Source: Kiritimatiellia bacterium (GTDB taxonomy: Bacteria > Verrucomicrobiota > Kiritimatiellia > RFP12 > JBMNHG01). From it: a stretch of 64,000 nt of DNA. Numbering within the stretch: the stretch's first letter is position 1; each line of letters starts with the position of its first letter. A program made the translations under genes and the position numbers. The notes below the pieces were generated by a model. The model had not been told where the DNA came from and searched no databases. It saw only the letters and a program-made list of their open reading frames with translations. The stretch lies in assembly GCA_050950285.1 (NCBI GenBank), contig JBMNHG010000008.1, positions 558,001-622,000 on the forward strand, in the 5' to 3' direction. Positions 31,023 through 41,146 of this stretch are shown piece by piece.

Positions 31023-31785
31023 ACACCGAGAGGCGGCAACCGACAAGCAGTCTCCGCAGACAGTGCCCGACGTGTCGGTGATCCTTCCCGCATACAACGA
31101 GGAGACCACTATCGGGCCGGTGCTGGACGAGGTGGCCGGAGTTCTCGCCGGACTGCCCTTGCCGCATGAGATCATCGTGGTTAACGACGGCTCGACCGAC
31201 AATACCGCCGATGTCCTCGCACAGGCCGCCCGCCGCCATCCCTCCATCCGTATCCTGACCCTTGTGCCCAACTCCGGCCAGAGCGCGGCCTTCGGGGCGG
31301 GCTTTGCCGCCTGCCGCGGACGCACAGCCGTCCTGATGGACGGCGACGGCCAGAACGACCCCCACGACATTCCCGCGCTGCTGGAGGCGCTGGAGAACTG
31401 CGACGCCTGCTGCGGCTACCGGCAGGTGCGGCGCGACAGCTTGAGCAGGCGGCTGGGGAGCCGCATCGCCAACCGCATTCGGCAATCCGTGCTGCACGAC
31501 GGCATCCGTGACACGGGCTGCAGTCTCAAGGCGGTGAAGTCGGAGTTCATCCGCGGCTTGCCCATGTGCTTCCGCGGCATGCACCGCTTCCTGCCGGCCC
31601 TGTGGCTGATGCGGGGTGCCAAAGTCCGCCAGATAGCCGTCAACCATCGTCCGCGCGCCGGCGGTCGGAGCAAGTACACCAACTGGGGACGTCTGAAGGA
31701 AACCTGCTGGGATCTCTGGGCGGTGCGGTGGATGCAGAAGCGGCACCGCCGCTTCCGCGTGACGACGAACGGAGAAGAGCCATGA
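31015..31785 (+). CDS. GT2 polyprenol-phosphate glycosyltransferase (ArnC/DPM1-like)
   Basis: SVILPAYNE, VNDGSTD, MDGDGQNDP, DTGCSLK, HRFLP. Confidence 0.9.
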   Translation: MNEHREAATDKQSPQTVPDVSVILPAYNEETTIGPVLDEVAGVLAGLPLPHEIIVVNDGSTDNTADVLAQAARRHPSIRILTLVPNSGQSAAFGAGFAACRGRTAVLMDGDGQNDPHDIPALLEALENCDACCGYRQVRRDSLSRRLGSRIANRIRQSVLHDGIRDTGCSLKAVKSEFIRGLPMCFRGMHRFLPALWLMRGAKVRQIAVNHRPRAGGRSKYTNWGRLKETCWDLWAVRWMQKRHRRFRVTTNGEEP

Positions 31786-32075
31786 AGGAACTCCTCGATT
31801 TTCTGGCCAGTCCGATGGCCATCCTGGGCCTGCTTGGGCAGGCCTGCTTCTTCTCGCGCTTTCTCGTGCAATGGGTGGTGTCCGAGAAGAAGAAATACTC
31901 CGTCGTGCCGACCTCCTTCTGGTACCTCTCGATCATCGGCAGCCTGCTGGTTTTGATTTATGCCGTCTGGCGGCGGGATCCGATCTTTGTCCTGGGCCAG
32001 TCGGTCGGCCTGTTCGTCTACGTCCGCAACCTCATCCTGATCCACGCCGGGAAGGGACGGCAGGCCAAGGCGTAG
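31782..32075 (+). CDS. lipid-A-disaccharide synthase N-terminal (LAB_N) domain membrane protein
   Basis: GQACFFSRFLVQW..SE, SVVPTSFWYLS, DPIFVLGQ, YVRNL; ATGA overlap. Confidence 0.88.
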   Translation: MKELLDFLASPMAILGLLGQACFFSRFLVQWVVSEKKKYSVVPTSFWYLSIIGSLLVLIYAVWRRDPIFVLGQSVGLFVYVRNLILIHAGKGRQAKA

Positions 32076-32133
32076 CTGCGGCGCTGTCCGCAGCAGACGC
32101 ACCCGTAGTAGACGCGGCGTCTACCAGGCGGCA

Positions 32134-32356
32134 CCGCCTACCGCCTACTGCCACTGCCTACTGCCCCCCCGCGTGATATGCGGCTGCCATGGTGAGGAGA
32201 ACCGGACAGCGCAAGCAAAATCGCCATGCCAACGCGCGCGCGGCGCGCGACCGCATGGCGATTTTTCCCGCATCGGTCAGATTCGCCCCGCCGGAGCCAG
32301 ATAACAACACCCGCCAGCCAGTAGCCAGTGCGTTGCGCTGGCTACTGGCTGGCGGG
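32134..32356. repeat. heptamer array (reverse complement of GGCAGTA) and two hairpins
   Basis: CCGCCTACCGCCTACTGCCACTGCCTACTGCC (32134-32165); hairpin 32217-32265; perfect 19-bp stem 32310-32328/32338-32356. Confidence 0.75.
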
Positions 32357-32420
32357 CAAAGTGCGAAGGCAAAGGGTTGAGACAAAGTGTATTGTTGCTC
32401 CCCTGTCACTAACCCATTAC

Positions 32421-32469
32421 CTTACCGGTTGCATCGATCCGGGCTTTGTGCTACAGTCTTACCGGTAAG
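32421..32469 (+). promoter_or_regulatory. sigma70-like promoter with palindromic operator for the TA operon
   Basis: TTGCAT-N17-TACAGT (32429-32457); CTTACCGGTAAG palindrome at 32458-32469, partial copy at 32421-32429. Confidence 0.6.
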
Positions 32470-32493
32470 ACAAGCAGGAAGGATCAAGGCGCC

Positions 32494-32757
32494 ATGAGCA
32501 ACATTGCAACCACACGGATGTCATCCAAGGGACAGGTAGTGATCCCTGAAGAGATACGCACTCGACTGGGGCTTGAACCCGGCACACAGTTCATTGTGAT
32601 GGGTGAGAACGATGTCGTGATCTTGAAGTCCATCACACCGCCATCGATGGCGGAGTTCGACACCATTGTGACCCGCGCCCGCAGGCAGGCCAGGCAGGCC
32701 GGCATGAAGCCCTCCGACATCGCTCGTGCCGTTGCCAAGGTACGGGATCGCACATGA
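32494..32757 (+). CDS. AbrB/MazE/SpoVT-family antitoxin
   Basis: MSSKGQVVIPEEIRTRLGLEPG. Confidence 0.9.
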   Translation: MSNIATTRMSSKGQVVIPEEIRTRLGLEPGTQFIVMGENDVVILKSITPPSMAEFDTIVTRARRQARQAGMKPSDIARAVAKVRDRT

Positions 32758-33152
32758 AGGTCGTTCTGGACACAAACGTCCTCGTTGCAGGCATCTTCTT
32801 CTCGGGGCCGCCCGCCGCGATCCTGCGTGCCTGGCGCGAGGGACGCTTCACGCTAATGGTGTCACCGCCCATCATGGAGGAGTACCGACGCGTGATGCAT
32901 GAACTGGCATCTGACTTTCCCTCTGTCGATCCGGCCCCGCCTCTGGAACTTCTGGCCATCCATGCACGCATGGTTTACGCTCCACCGCTGCCAGAGACAG
33001 TCTGCACAGACCCGACAGACGATATGTTTCTGGCTTGTGCAATCGCCTGCAACAGTCAGGTCGTTGTAAGCGGCGACAAAGCGCTATTGCGCATATCCGG
33101 CTACCGGGGTGTAAACGTTATCACGCCTCGTGCTTTCTTGAGTAGCTTGTAG
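32754..33152 (+). CDS. PIN-domain (VapC-like) toxin
   Basis: VVLDTNVLV, DPTDDMFLACA, VSGDKALL; ATGA overlap with the antitoxin. Confidence 0.9.
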   Translation: MKVVLDTNVLVAGIFFSGPPAAILRAWREGRFTLMVSPPIMEEYRRVMHELASDFPSVDPAPPLELLAIHARMVYAPPLPETVCTDPTDDMFLACAIACNSQVVVSGDKALLRISGYRGVNVITPRAFLSSL

Positions 33153-33194
33153 TTTAAACTGCATTTTACTGATGGAGAGCCGGCCGTGTAGGAT

Positions 33195-34568
33195 TCATGC
33201 GCCATGATCCGGGGTGGATCCGGTCCGGGCAATATAGCGGGGCAGCAGCCCTGTTGCGTAATACGGCACATTGACCAGGCGGCAGGTCTTCTCGCCAACT
33301 TGAACCGGGTGTTCCTCATACATCCCGGCATAGACGCGCACCGCCAGCGGCGCGGGGTAGCGCGACAGATACTCATGCAGCGAACGGAGCTTGCCGGCCG
33401 TGCCGGACTTGGCCTCGACCGGCACCACTCCTGCGGACGTTTGCAGCAGGAAATCCACCTCGGCCTGCGATTGCGCCTTGTCGCGCACCCAGAAGATCAG
33501 CGGCAGATCGGCACGGGCATCGATGGCCTTGAGCTCCTGGCCGACGATCTGCTCGATCAGGCGTCCCCGGTACACATCCGACAGGTCGCGGATGCCGATC
33601 AGGTGCCGCTGCAATCCGGCCATGTGGCAGACAAGACCAGCGTCGAGGAACTGCAACCGGGGGGCCTTCCGGCGGTCCGGCATCAGCGGCGGCACCCCCT
33701 GGACTGTCGGATAGATGAGTTCCAGTAGGCGGGCACGCTCAAGCGTACGCAAGGCCTCGCCCATTTCGCGGGAGCGGTAGTCCGAGCCGCCGAACCCCTG
33801 GAACGTCACCCGTGATCCCGCCACAAAGGGCGCGCTTTCCAAGGCGTGCAGCAGCAGGCGCCGTTGCGTCGCCGTGCGGCCGTACTTGGGAATGTCGTCG
33901 CGGAAGGCCGAGAGGAGATCGGCATAGACCCGGTTAACCGCCTGCAGGTCGCGGCCGCTCTCGCGGTAGCACAGGACGGCCTCGGGCATGCCGCCGACAA
34001 GCGCATAGGAGTGGAACAGGTTCAGCAGGCGGGCGTGGGCAAACGCGGGTACCGGCACGGTGAACAACGCCTCTCTGGCGGCATCCTCTCCCATGACCGC
34101 CAGAAACTCGGCAAAGGTGAGGGGCCTGACGTACAAATACTGCACCCGTCCCACCGGAAAGGAGATCGCCGCAGCCTCGAGCGCCGTCTCAAGCAATGAT
34201 CCGGCGGCAATGACATGCAGATCCGGGCGTTCCTCCTGGAAAAAGCGCAACATGGCCACGGCCTCGGGCACCTCCTGGATCTCATCGAGGAACAGGAGCA
34301 GCGGCGAGGAGCCTGCCGGTACCCGGCACTCCAGCATAATCGCCTGGATCAGTTCGGACAGCGTCAGCCCGCGCCGGAACAGGGCGGCGTGCGAGGGCTT
34401 TTCGAGATTCAGCTCCGCATAGCGCGGATACTCCCCGGCAAAGAGCCGCACGAGGCAGCTCTTGCCGACCTGGCGCGCACCGCGGACAACCAGGGGCTTG
34501 CGGTTCGGATCGTCCCGCCAGCGCCGCAAATCCTCTATCAGAGGCCGGTAAAAAAGCGTGCTTGTCAC
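33195..34568 (-). CDS. AAA_14 ATPase with DUF4143 C-terminal domain
   Basis: GARQVGKS Walker A, FLDEIQ Walker B, AAGSLL, GGMPEAV, EVDFLL...PVEAKSG; GTG start inferred from promoter position. Confidence 0.88.
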   Translation of the reverse strand: MTSTLFYRPLIEDLRRWRDDPNRKPLVVRGARQVGKSCLVRLFAGEYPRYAELNLEKPSHAALFRRGLTLSELIQAIMLECRVPAGSSPLLLFLDEIQEVPEAVAMLRFFQEERPDLHVIAAGSLLETALEAAAISFPVGRVQYLYVRPLTFAEFLAVMGEDAAREALFTVPVPAFAHARLLNLFHSYALVGGMPEAVLCYRESGRDLQAVNRVYADLLSAFRDDIPKYGRTATQRRLLLHALESAPFVAGSRVTFQGFGGSDYRSREMGEALRTLERARLLELIYPTVQGVPPLMPDRRKAPRLQFLDAGLVCHMAGLQRHLIGIRDLSDVYRGRLIEQIVGQELKAIDARADLPLIFWVRDKAQSQAEVDFLLQTSAGVVPVEAKSGTAGKLRSLHEYLSRYPAPLAVRVYAGMYEEHPVQVGEKTCRLVNVPYYATGLLPRYIARTGSTPDHGA

Positions 34569-34630
34569 AAAGTAAACCCTTTTTGCTCTCTTTGATGTCA
34601 CAAAATAAGGGCATTTGGGCAAAATGTCAA
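34563..34630 (-). promoter_or_regulatory. promoter TTGACA-N17-TATTTT with 13-bp direct repeat
   Basis: -35 at 34625-34630, -10 at 34602-34607; TGTCACAAA(G/A)TAA at 34563-34575 and 34596-34608. Confidence 0.55.
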
Positions 34631-34676
34631 GAGACAGGAGACAGGGGGCAGGAGAGTAGCAGTAGGCAGTGGCAGG
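34631..34676. repeat. heptamer array of the same family as 26018-26116
   Basis: GAGACAGGAGACAGGGGGCAGGAGAGTAGCAGTAGGCAGTGGCAGG. Confidence 0.8.
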
Positions 34677-34824
34677 TTGCCCGCCCTATTATCGCGACAT
34701 CTCGTCCGCATTGCGAACAACAGGATCGAAATGCTCCTTCTGCCAGAAGTTGCCCTTGCGTCCAAAGGTTTGTTGATTCCCTGCGCTGTGCAGGACTTCC
34801 ACCCCTGCACGCCAGCCCCCGCCG

Positions 34825-35397
34825 TCAGGCCAGTTTCTTGAGCAGCCAGGCCATGTTCTCGCCCAGCACGTCCATGGTGCGGAGCCCCTCCGCGTCGCCT
34901 TCGACCGTGCCCGGCTCGAGCCCGATGCCCATGTTCCAGTAGCAGGACCCCGGCACGATCATCTCGTTGATCAGGAAGAAGTGGTTGATGGAGTCGAAGG
35001 CATGGATCGCCCCGGCGCGCCGCACGGCGATCACCGCCGCGCCGACTTTGCGCCTGAGGAAGTTGCCGTTGGCTCCGGACACAAAACCCGCCCGGTCGAT
35101 CAGGGCCTTCATCTCGGGCGTGATGTCGGCATAGTAGGTGGGCGATCCGAGCAGGATGCCGTCCGCCTCGCGCATTTTGGCAATCCACTCGTTCGCCGGA
35201 TCCGAATCCAGAATGCAGCGCCCATCCTTGTTGGCGAAGCATTGGAAACACGCCGTGCAGCCGCGAAACAGCCTGCCGCCGACCTGCACGATCTCGGTTT
35301 CGATGCCCGCAGCTTCGAGCGGCTTGAGCGCCTGACGGATCAGGAGGCTCGTATTTCCGTCCACGCGCGGACTCCCGTTGAATGCGACAACCTTCAT
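34825..35397 (-). CDS. iron-sulfur flavoprotein / NADPH-dependent FMN reductase (flavodoxin family)
   Basis: [30 protein letters not shown]. Confidence 0.9.
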   Translation of the reverse strand: MKVVAFNGSPRVDGNTSLLIRQALKPLEAAGIETEIVQVGGRLFRGCTACFQCFANKDGRCILDSDPANEWIAKMREADGILLGSPTYYADITPEMKALIDRAGFVSGANGNFLRRKVGAAVIAVRRAGAIHAFDSINHFFLINEMIVPGSCYWNMGIGLEPGTVEGDAEGLRTMDVLGENMAWLLKKLA

Positions 35398-35576
35398 GGC
35401 TACACCTTTCCGTTTCGTTTTCGTTTGAATCGGTTTGCTTTCCCCCAACCTCGTGTGCCTTTGATGGTAGCACCCGGGCGGCGGATTGTCGAGCCCGCGC
35501 CCGGCTTGGGCCAGGGTTCATCCGCCCCATCGGAGGACGGGACGGGTACGGTTCCCGGGGTTTGCGGGACAAAAAG

Positions 35577-35612
35577 GCGGCGCGCCGTTTTTGGGGCGGC
35601 GCGCCGCTGTTT
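35577..35612. repeat. right copy of the 36-bp direct repeat (see 6320-6355)
   Basis: GCGGCGCGCCGTTTTTGGGGCGGCGCGCCGCTGTTT. Confidence 0.6.
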
Positions 35613-35632
35613 GCAGGGGTTTTGGGAACGGG

Positions 35633-38626
35633 CTATTCGAAGCTGGATTCGACGGGGAGGGCGAAGGGGGTGAGCGGGTCGAGTCCGGTGGCGAGGGTGA
35701 AGAGGGTGCCGATGGCTTCGTCCAGGCCGTCTTCGTCGCCGGCGATGCAGGCGATGGCTTCGACGTCGTGGCCGAGGGTCATCAGGTTCCATGCGATCAT
35801 GCCGCGGCCGGGGCCGGGCATGTCCCGGGCGAGCGCGAAGGGGAGGACCTTGGCGTCCGCGAGGCGCCGGATGATGGGGTTGTCGTCCGGATTGCCGAGG
35901 AGGATGGTGGGCAGCGGCAGGTTGTAGCCTACGGCGGCGGCGTTCTGGCGGGCTTGCTCGTCGAGCTGGCCGGCGAGGGAGGCCCCGCACCAGGTTTCGG
36001 CCTCGAGGTCGGTGAGCGGGCGGGGTTTGACGGCTTCGGCGAGGGGACGGATTTCGACGTTGACGTTGTAGGGGAGGAAGATTTCCCGCACGCGCTTCGC
36101 GGCGGCCTGGGAGACGGGGTCGTCGGGGGCCACGACGGAGACGCTGCGGTGGTCGCGGAAGAAGCGGAAGACGTTTTCCTTGTCGGGCGCGAAGTAGAGG
36201 GCGCGGCGGTCGACTCCGGCGAGGGCGCCGCACTGCGCGGCGGGCGCGTAGGAGAAGGCGGCGGTGTCGGAGGTGCCGGTGAGGAGTTCCTTCACGGTCA
36301 CGGTCCATTTGCCCGGGGCGTCGTTGGCGGCGAGGGGGAGTTCGACGGCGAGGTGTCCGCCGTCGGTGGCGCGGAAGAGGTCGAAGCGGGTCGCGCCGGA
36401 GGGATCGGCGACGGTCACCTGCATGGGCGCGGTGCCGGCGAGGAGGCCGTTGGCGTCGTCCATCAGCATGGCGGAGACGCGCAGCACGATGGGGGTTCCG
36501 GTTTCGCGGGTGAAGTCGCGTTCGACGACGGGTGCGCCGACGGAGACGCCGCCGACGGGGCGTGCCGGGCGTGCGATGGCGATCATCTGGCCGGCGGGGA
36601 AGTCGACGGTCGCCTGGAGTTCGCCGCCCTTCTTCGCGAATGCGGCGGCGACGTTGCCGGTGATTTCGTAGGCGGGCCGTCCGTCGTCCGGGATGCCGAG
36701 GGTGGCGGTGGCGGCGACGGGGGCGCCGTAGCCGTGGCCTTCGGGATTGTAGCCGTCGACGGGCGTGAAGTTCACGGCGAAGAGGTATTCGATTTCGCCT
36801 CGGACCTGTCGTCCGGGGGCGATGGTGGCGAGGTCGGAGGAGAAGGCGGGGGCGATGCCGGCCCGTGCGAGGACGGGGCGCAGGGCGTCGGCCACGGGCG
36901 TGGCGATCTCCATCATGTTGCGGAAGGAGTTGGCCTTGAGGTTCGCCTCGCGCCGGGCGTCGCCTTCGAGGGCCTTGGCGGCCTCGAGCTGGGCCTCCCA
37001 CAGGGGGGCGGTGGAGGCGGCGATGGCCACGGCGCCGGGGACCGCGACCTTGCAGTCTTCCGACACGATCACGGTTCCGCCGGCGGCGGCGAAGGCCGCG
37101 AGGGCGTCGATGGCGGCGGGGTCGAGGTAGGTGAGGCCGGTGAGCAGGATGGCCTTGTGGTTGGCGGCCACCGTGCCGTCGAGGATGTCCTCGTCCAGCA
37201 CGGCGGTGATCGGCTGCTGCAGGAGCTTGGTGGCCATGTAGGCGAAGACGAGCGGATTCAGCTGCGTGTTGTTCCCGCCGCGGAGGTATTCGACGTTGGA
37301 CCGCGAGTAGAGCAGGGCGAGGGGCTGGCGCGTGTAGGCGGGGCGCGTGAAGATGGTGCCGAGCCAGGCGTAGAGCCGGTTGCATTCGACGATGCCGGGG
37401 GCGGCTTCGCTCTGCGCGTCCAGGTGGGGCGGCGTGGAGATCCCCTGGATGCCGGTGACGAACGAGAGGTGGTGCTCTTCGCGGAAGGCCTCGGCGCTCA
37501 TCGCGTACCATTCGGGCAGATACCAGGTGGGCTTGTCGGTCTGGCGAGGCAGGGCGAACTCCAGGAAGAACGAGGGGTTGAAGTTGCGGAGCCAGAAGTC
37601 GTTGTAGCCGCCGTGGCCGCTGATGACGGGCATGGACCGGGCGACGTTGAAGTAGTAGCCGTCGTGGAGCGCCGTCCAGCCGTATTGCGACTGCGTGACG
37701 CCGAGGAAGCCGGGCTTGAGGCGTTCGACGGCGAATCGCGTGGTCTTCCAAAGGGCGTCCATGAAGCCGAGCTTGAACTGGCAGACCTTCGCCCAGGCCT
37801 CGAGGTCTTCGGGGTTTTCGGCGGGATGGAGGTCGGTGATGTACGGCTGTTCCTCGTTGAAGGCGCGGGCGTAGGCGTTGCGCTGGTAGACGATGTCGTG
37901 CGCGGTCCACTTCGGGGTGCCGTCCTCGTTCTTGAGGTAGGGGTGGGGAAGCCAGGTGAGGCCCGGCTCGTCGTGGAGGTGGGCGCCGATGGCGTTGGGC
38001 ATGGTGCGGAAGCTCTGGGCGCGGTCGAGGCCGAGCTGGATGGCGCCGATGGTCACGTAGGGATCCGACCAGTCGTTCGACTGGCGAAGCCAGTGCTGGT
38101 GGCCGCCGCCCATGAGGCAGCAGCCCATCACGTCCTGGCCGGAGGGGATGGATTCCTCGCCGAATTCGCCCAGGGCGAGGTTGAAGCCCATGCCGTCCTT
38201 GCCCTCGACCAGCATCTGGTCGTTCTTCGACCCGCCCCAGTGGATGAGCTTGTAGTCGCTCTGGCGGACGTTGGAGAAGAGCTGGAAGGAGAGGGAGGCG
38301 GAGGAGCCGTCCGCCGTGGCGGCGAGGGTGTAGGCGCCGGGCTTGAGGAAGCGGGCGTCCAGGCTCACGTGCTCGACGCGCGTCGCGGCGCCGCCGGCCA
38401 CGTTGAAGGCGCACCGGAAGTCGGGGGCGCCTTCGCAGGAAAGCGCGAGTTCGAGGCGTCCGGGCGCGAGGCCCGCCTCCGCGCTGCGGGTGACGGCCAC
38501 GGGGATGCGCTCGTTCGTCTGGTAGTACATGCGCCCCGCGGGGAGCCGCACGGCGGTCCCGGCGAAGACGCCGCCGCCGGCGAACGTCGTCAGGAGAAGC
38601 ATTCGGTGGAGCGTCGTGGATTTCAT
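35633..38626 (-). CDS. large secreted hypothetical protein, possible glycoside hydrolase (TIM barrel plus GH42-trimerisation-like region)
   Basis: GAGG RBS, signal peptide, HLHDEPGL, WYLPEWY, ALLYSRS...LDEDIL; function uncertain. Confidence 0.55.
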   Translation of the reverse strand: MKSTTLHRMLLLTTFAGGGVFAGTAVRLPAGRMYYQTNERIPVAVTRSAEAGLAPGRLELALSCEGAPDFRCAFNVAGGAATRVEHVSLDARFLKPGAYTLAATADGSSASLSFQLFSNVRQSDYKLIHWGGSKNDQMLVEGKDGMGFNLALGEFGEESIPSGQDVMGCCLMGGGHQHWLRQSNDWSDPYVTIGAIQLGLDRAQSFRTMPNAIGAHLHDEPGLTWLPHPYLKNEDGTPKWTAHDIVYQRNAYARAFNEEQPYITDLHPAENPEDLEAWAKVCQFKLGFMDALWKTTRFAVERLKPGFLGVTQSQYGWTALHDGYYFNVARSMPVISGHGGYNDFWLRNFNPSFFLEFALPRQTDKPTWYLPEWYAMSAEAFREEHHLSFVTGIQGISTPPHLDAQSEAAPGIVECNRLYAWLGTIFTRPAYTRQPLALLYSRSNVEYLRGGNNTQLNPLVFAYMATKLLQQPITAVLDEDILDGTVAANHKAILLTGLTYLDPAAIDALAAFAAAGGTVIVSEDCKVAVPGAVAIAASTAPLWEAQLEAAKALEGDARREANLKANSFRNMMEIATPVADALRPVLARAGIAPAFSSDLATIAPGRQVRGEIEYLFAVNFTPVDGYNPEGHGYGAPVAATATLGIPDDGRPAYEITGNVAAAFAKKGGELQATVDFPAGQMIAIARPARPVGGVSVGAPVVERDFTRETGTPIVLRVSAMLMDDANGLLAGTAPMQVTVADPSGATRFDLFRATDGGHLAVELPLAANDAPGKWTVTVKELLTGTSDTAAFSYAPAAQCGALAGVDRRALYFAPDKENVFRFFRDHRSVSVVAPDDPVSQAAAKRVREIFLPYNVNVEIRPLAEAVKPRPLTDLEAETWCGASLAGQLDEQARQNAAAVGYNLPLPTILLGNPDDNPIIRRLADAKVLPFALARDMPGPGRGMIAWNLMTLGHDVEAIACIAGDEDGLDEAIGTLFTLATGLDPLTPFALPVESSFE

Positions 38627-38717
38627 GGCGACCTCGTTTGGGGGTTTGGCGAGTGGCGGAAATCGGGAACGCACCGGCCTCCGCCGCCGCGTAAAAGGGA
38701 TGGGGAGGGTTCGATTC

Positions 38718-39368
38718 CTACAGCACTTTCAGGGCCAAAACACAGCGGCCGACCGTCTCGCCTTTTTTCGCGAGGACGCGACGGGCGGTCACGGACGAGG
38801 ATTTCCGGGGGCCGGACCGGGCGGCGTTCTTTTCGACGGCCTCGTTGGCGACGAGCGGGAGTTCGAGGCAGTACGTGTCGCCGGGGGCGGGGAGCGCCGC
38901 GGCGTCGAAGTCGCCGGTGGCGCCGTACACGGCGGCGGGCGGGCTGTCCTTGGCCGCCGTCTTCGCCCCCGCGGAGAAGGGCAGCCCGAAAAAATCGCCG
39001 AGGAGGCCGCCGCCCGCCGCATCGTCCGCGAATCCGGCCATGAGCCTCACGGCGCCGCTGGCCAGGGCGCGCCCGAACGAGGCGGCGACGGAATCGGGGA
39101 CCCTGCCCGTGACGCCCAGAACCACGCCGAAGCGGCCTTGCAGGCTGTCCTTGCACAGCAGCGTCTCCGTCCACGGATGGTCGGCCGCGCTCCAGGTGCC
39201 GTCCTTGGCGAGCGTGATGGGGATCGAAACCGCTCGGGCGGCGGCGCCGATGCGCGGCCAGAGGAAGGTGCATTGGAACAGGCGCGGGCCCGTCGGGCTC
39301 TTCAACGCCTTCGGGGCGATCTGCACGGATTCGAGGGTGACTTCGACATCGATCTTCTTTTCCGCCAT
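38718..39368 (-). CDS. hypothetical protein
   Basis: 3' part of ORF 38718..41267 with normal composition from MAEKKIDV. Confidence 0.65.
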   Translation of the reverse strand: MAEKKIDVEVTLESVQIAPKALKSPTGPRLFQCTFLWPRIGAAARAVSIPITLAKDGTWSAADHPWTETLLCKDSLQGRFGVVLGVTGRVPDSVAASFGRALASGAVRLMAGFADDAAGGGLLGDFFGLPFSAGAKTAAKDSPPAAVYGATGDFDAAALPAPGDTYCLELPLVANEAVEKNAARSGPRKSSSVTARRVLAKKGETVGRCVLALKVL

Positions 39369-39481
39369 GGCGATTCTCCCGCAGAACGCGAACGTCCGCG
39401 TCCGCCGCGCTCCCCTACTGGCGGGGGGCGGCTGATGCGAAGGTAGCAAAGGCCGGACGGGAATGCCAACAGGAAATGCTT

Positions 39482-41146
39482 CTACAGTTCGGAAGGGGCG
39501 GCGGCGGGGGGCGCGGGGAGGTCCTGCCGCAGTTCCCAGATGCCGAGGGTCGTATGGCCCTGGCCGAAGTCGGGGATCGTGGCGACGGGGCGGTAGCGCG
39601 TCTCGAGAAGGGCGCGCAGTTCCCGCTGTTCCTCGATGGGGAGCTCGGCCATCGAGGGTGCGCCGATGGCGAGTCCGTAGCCGGAGAAGACGGCGAGGCG
39701 GGAGGGGCTTTCCAGGAGAAGCGTCTCCAGGCCGGCGCGGTTCAGCACATGGAGCGCGGCGGCGTCTTCGTCGGACAATGCCGGGAAGTAGCCGAAGGGT
39801 CCCATCTCGAATCCGGAGGGCAGGAGGCGGTCCGCCTCCACGGCGATGTAGGCGTCCTGGGTGAGCAGGGGGACGTCGGGCGGGGTCTCCTTGCGGATGC
39901 GGGCGCCCACTTCGCGGAGGAGGGCGAGGTCCGAGGTCTTTTTGGTGACCGACCAGAAGCGGTCCTGCCGCAGCAGCACCCAGTCCTGGCAGATGGGGGA
40001 CGCGGCGGCGGCGATGCAGGCCCAGAGCCACAGGGCGCCCAGCGCGGCGGGAAGGGCGCGGCCGTCCCTCTCCGCGCCGGGGACGGCGCGGGGGAGGAGC
40101 TTCCAGAAGAGCACGGACACGGCGGCGGCGAAAACCGGCATGACCGGCGTCTGGTAGTCGTCGTACGGGAACGGGCTCGACAGGTGCACCGCGAAGATCG
40201 CGGCGAAGCAGGCGAGCCAGAGCGCGGGGCCGCCGCCTCCGGCGCTCGCGAAAGCGGCGCGCCGCTCGTTTCGCGGCGCGCCGCAGAGGAGCGTCGCGGC
40301 GGCAACGGCCAGGGCCGCCAGCGCGAGGTGTCCGCGGGCGAGGCGGGCGAGCGATCCGGCGGCGAAGACGAGGCCTCCCGCCGCACGCCCCGTGTGGAAG
40401 GAGTTGGCGAAGCGGAAGGCCTCGAACGACTGCGCGACGGGCTGGCAGAAGAAGAGGAGCAGGCCCGCGATTCCGCCGATCCCGTAGGCGAGCCACAGCC
40501 AAGGGCGGGTGCGCGAACCGGCGCCCCGCGCGCGCCAGCCGACGACGGCCAGCCACACGCCGGCCACGGGAAGCGCGGCGCCCAGGGAGAGGCGCGCCGC
40601 CGCGGCGCAGGCCAGCAGGAAGCCGCCCAGCGCGGCGGCGGAAAGGCGATCGCGGCGGAGCGCGGCGTCCAGGGCCATGAGCCCGCCCGCGAGGCAGCAG
40701 GCCGCGAGCGCGTAGGTTTTGGGGATCGTGGTGAAATAGACGTGGTAGGGGCTCAACGCGAGCATCAGGAAGGCGGAGGCTCCGGCGGCGAAGGCGGCGA
40801 AGGGAGCCCGGTTTCCGCCGTCGCGCGGGAATGCGCCGGACGCGAGGCGGGCGGCGAGCAGGGACGACAGGAGCCCGAGGACGGCGGTGAAGAGGCGGCC
40901 CCCCGCGATGCCGAAGGGCGACCAGAGCGGCGAAAGCAGCCCGTAGACCCACGGCAGAAGCGGTCCCTGGGTGAAGAAGAAGTCGCGGTAGGGGCGGAAG
41001 CCGCGCGCCACCTGCCGGGCGGCGTAGAGGTACCAGCCTTCGTCCTGGTTCAACGCGCCGAACCAGACGGTTGCGGCGGAAAGCAGAAGCACCGGGAGGA
41101 TGGCGGGGAGCAGCATCCAGTCGCGTCGCGGAGAGTGGGTCCTCAT
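39482..41146 (-). CDS. GT-C/ArnT-like membrane glycosyltransferase
   Basis: NQDEGWYLYAAR, PYRDFFFTQGPLLP; many TM segments; ATGA overlap with lpxB. Confidence 0.7.
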   Translation of the reverse strand: MRTHSPRRDWMLLPAILPVLLLSAATVWFGALNQDEGWYLYAARQVARGFRPYRDFFFTQGPLLPWVYGLLSPLWSPFGIAGGRLFTAVLGLLSSLLAARLASGAFPRDGGNRAPFAAFAAGASAFLMLALSPYHVYFTTIPKTYALAACCLAGGLMALDAALRRDRLSAAALGGFLLACAAAARLSLGAALPVAGVWLAVVGWRARGAGSRTRPWLWLAYGIGGIAGLLLFFCQPVAQSFEAFRFANSFHTGRAAGGLVFAAGSLARLARGHLALAALAVAAATLLCGAPRNERRAAFASAGGGGPALWLACFAAIFAVHLSSPFPYDDYQTPVMPVFAAAVSVLFWKLLPRAVPGAERDGRALPAALGALWLWACIAAAASPICQDWVLLRQDRFWSVTKKTSDLALLREVGARIRKETPPDVPLLTQDAYIAVEADRLLPSGFEMGPFGYFPALSDEDAAALHVLNRAGLETLLLESPSRLAVFSGYGLAIGAPSMAELPIEEQRELRALLETRYRPVATIPDFGQGHTTLGIWELRQDLPAPPAAAPSEL

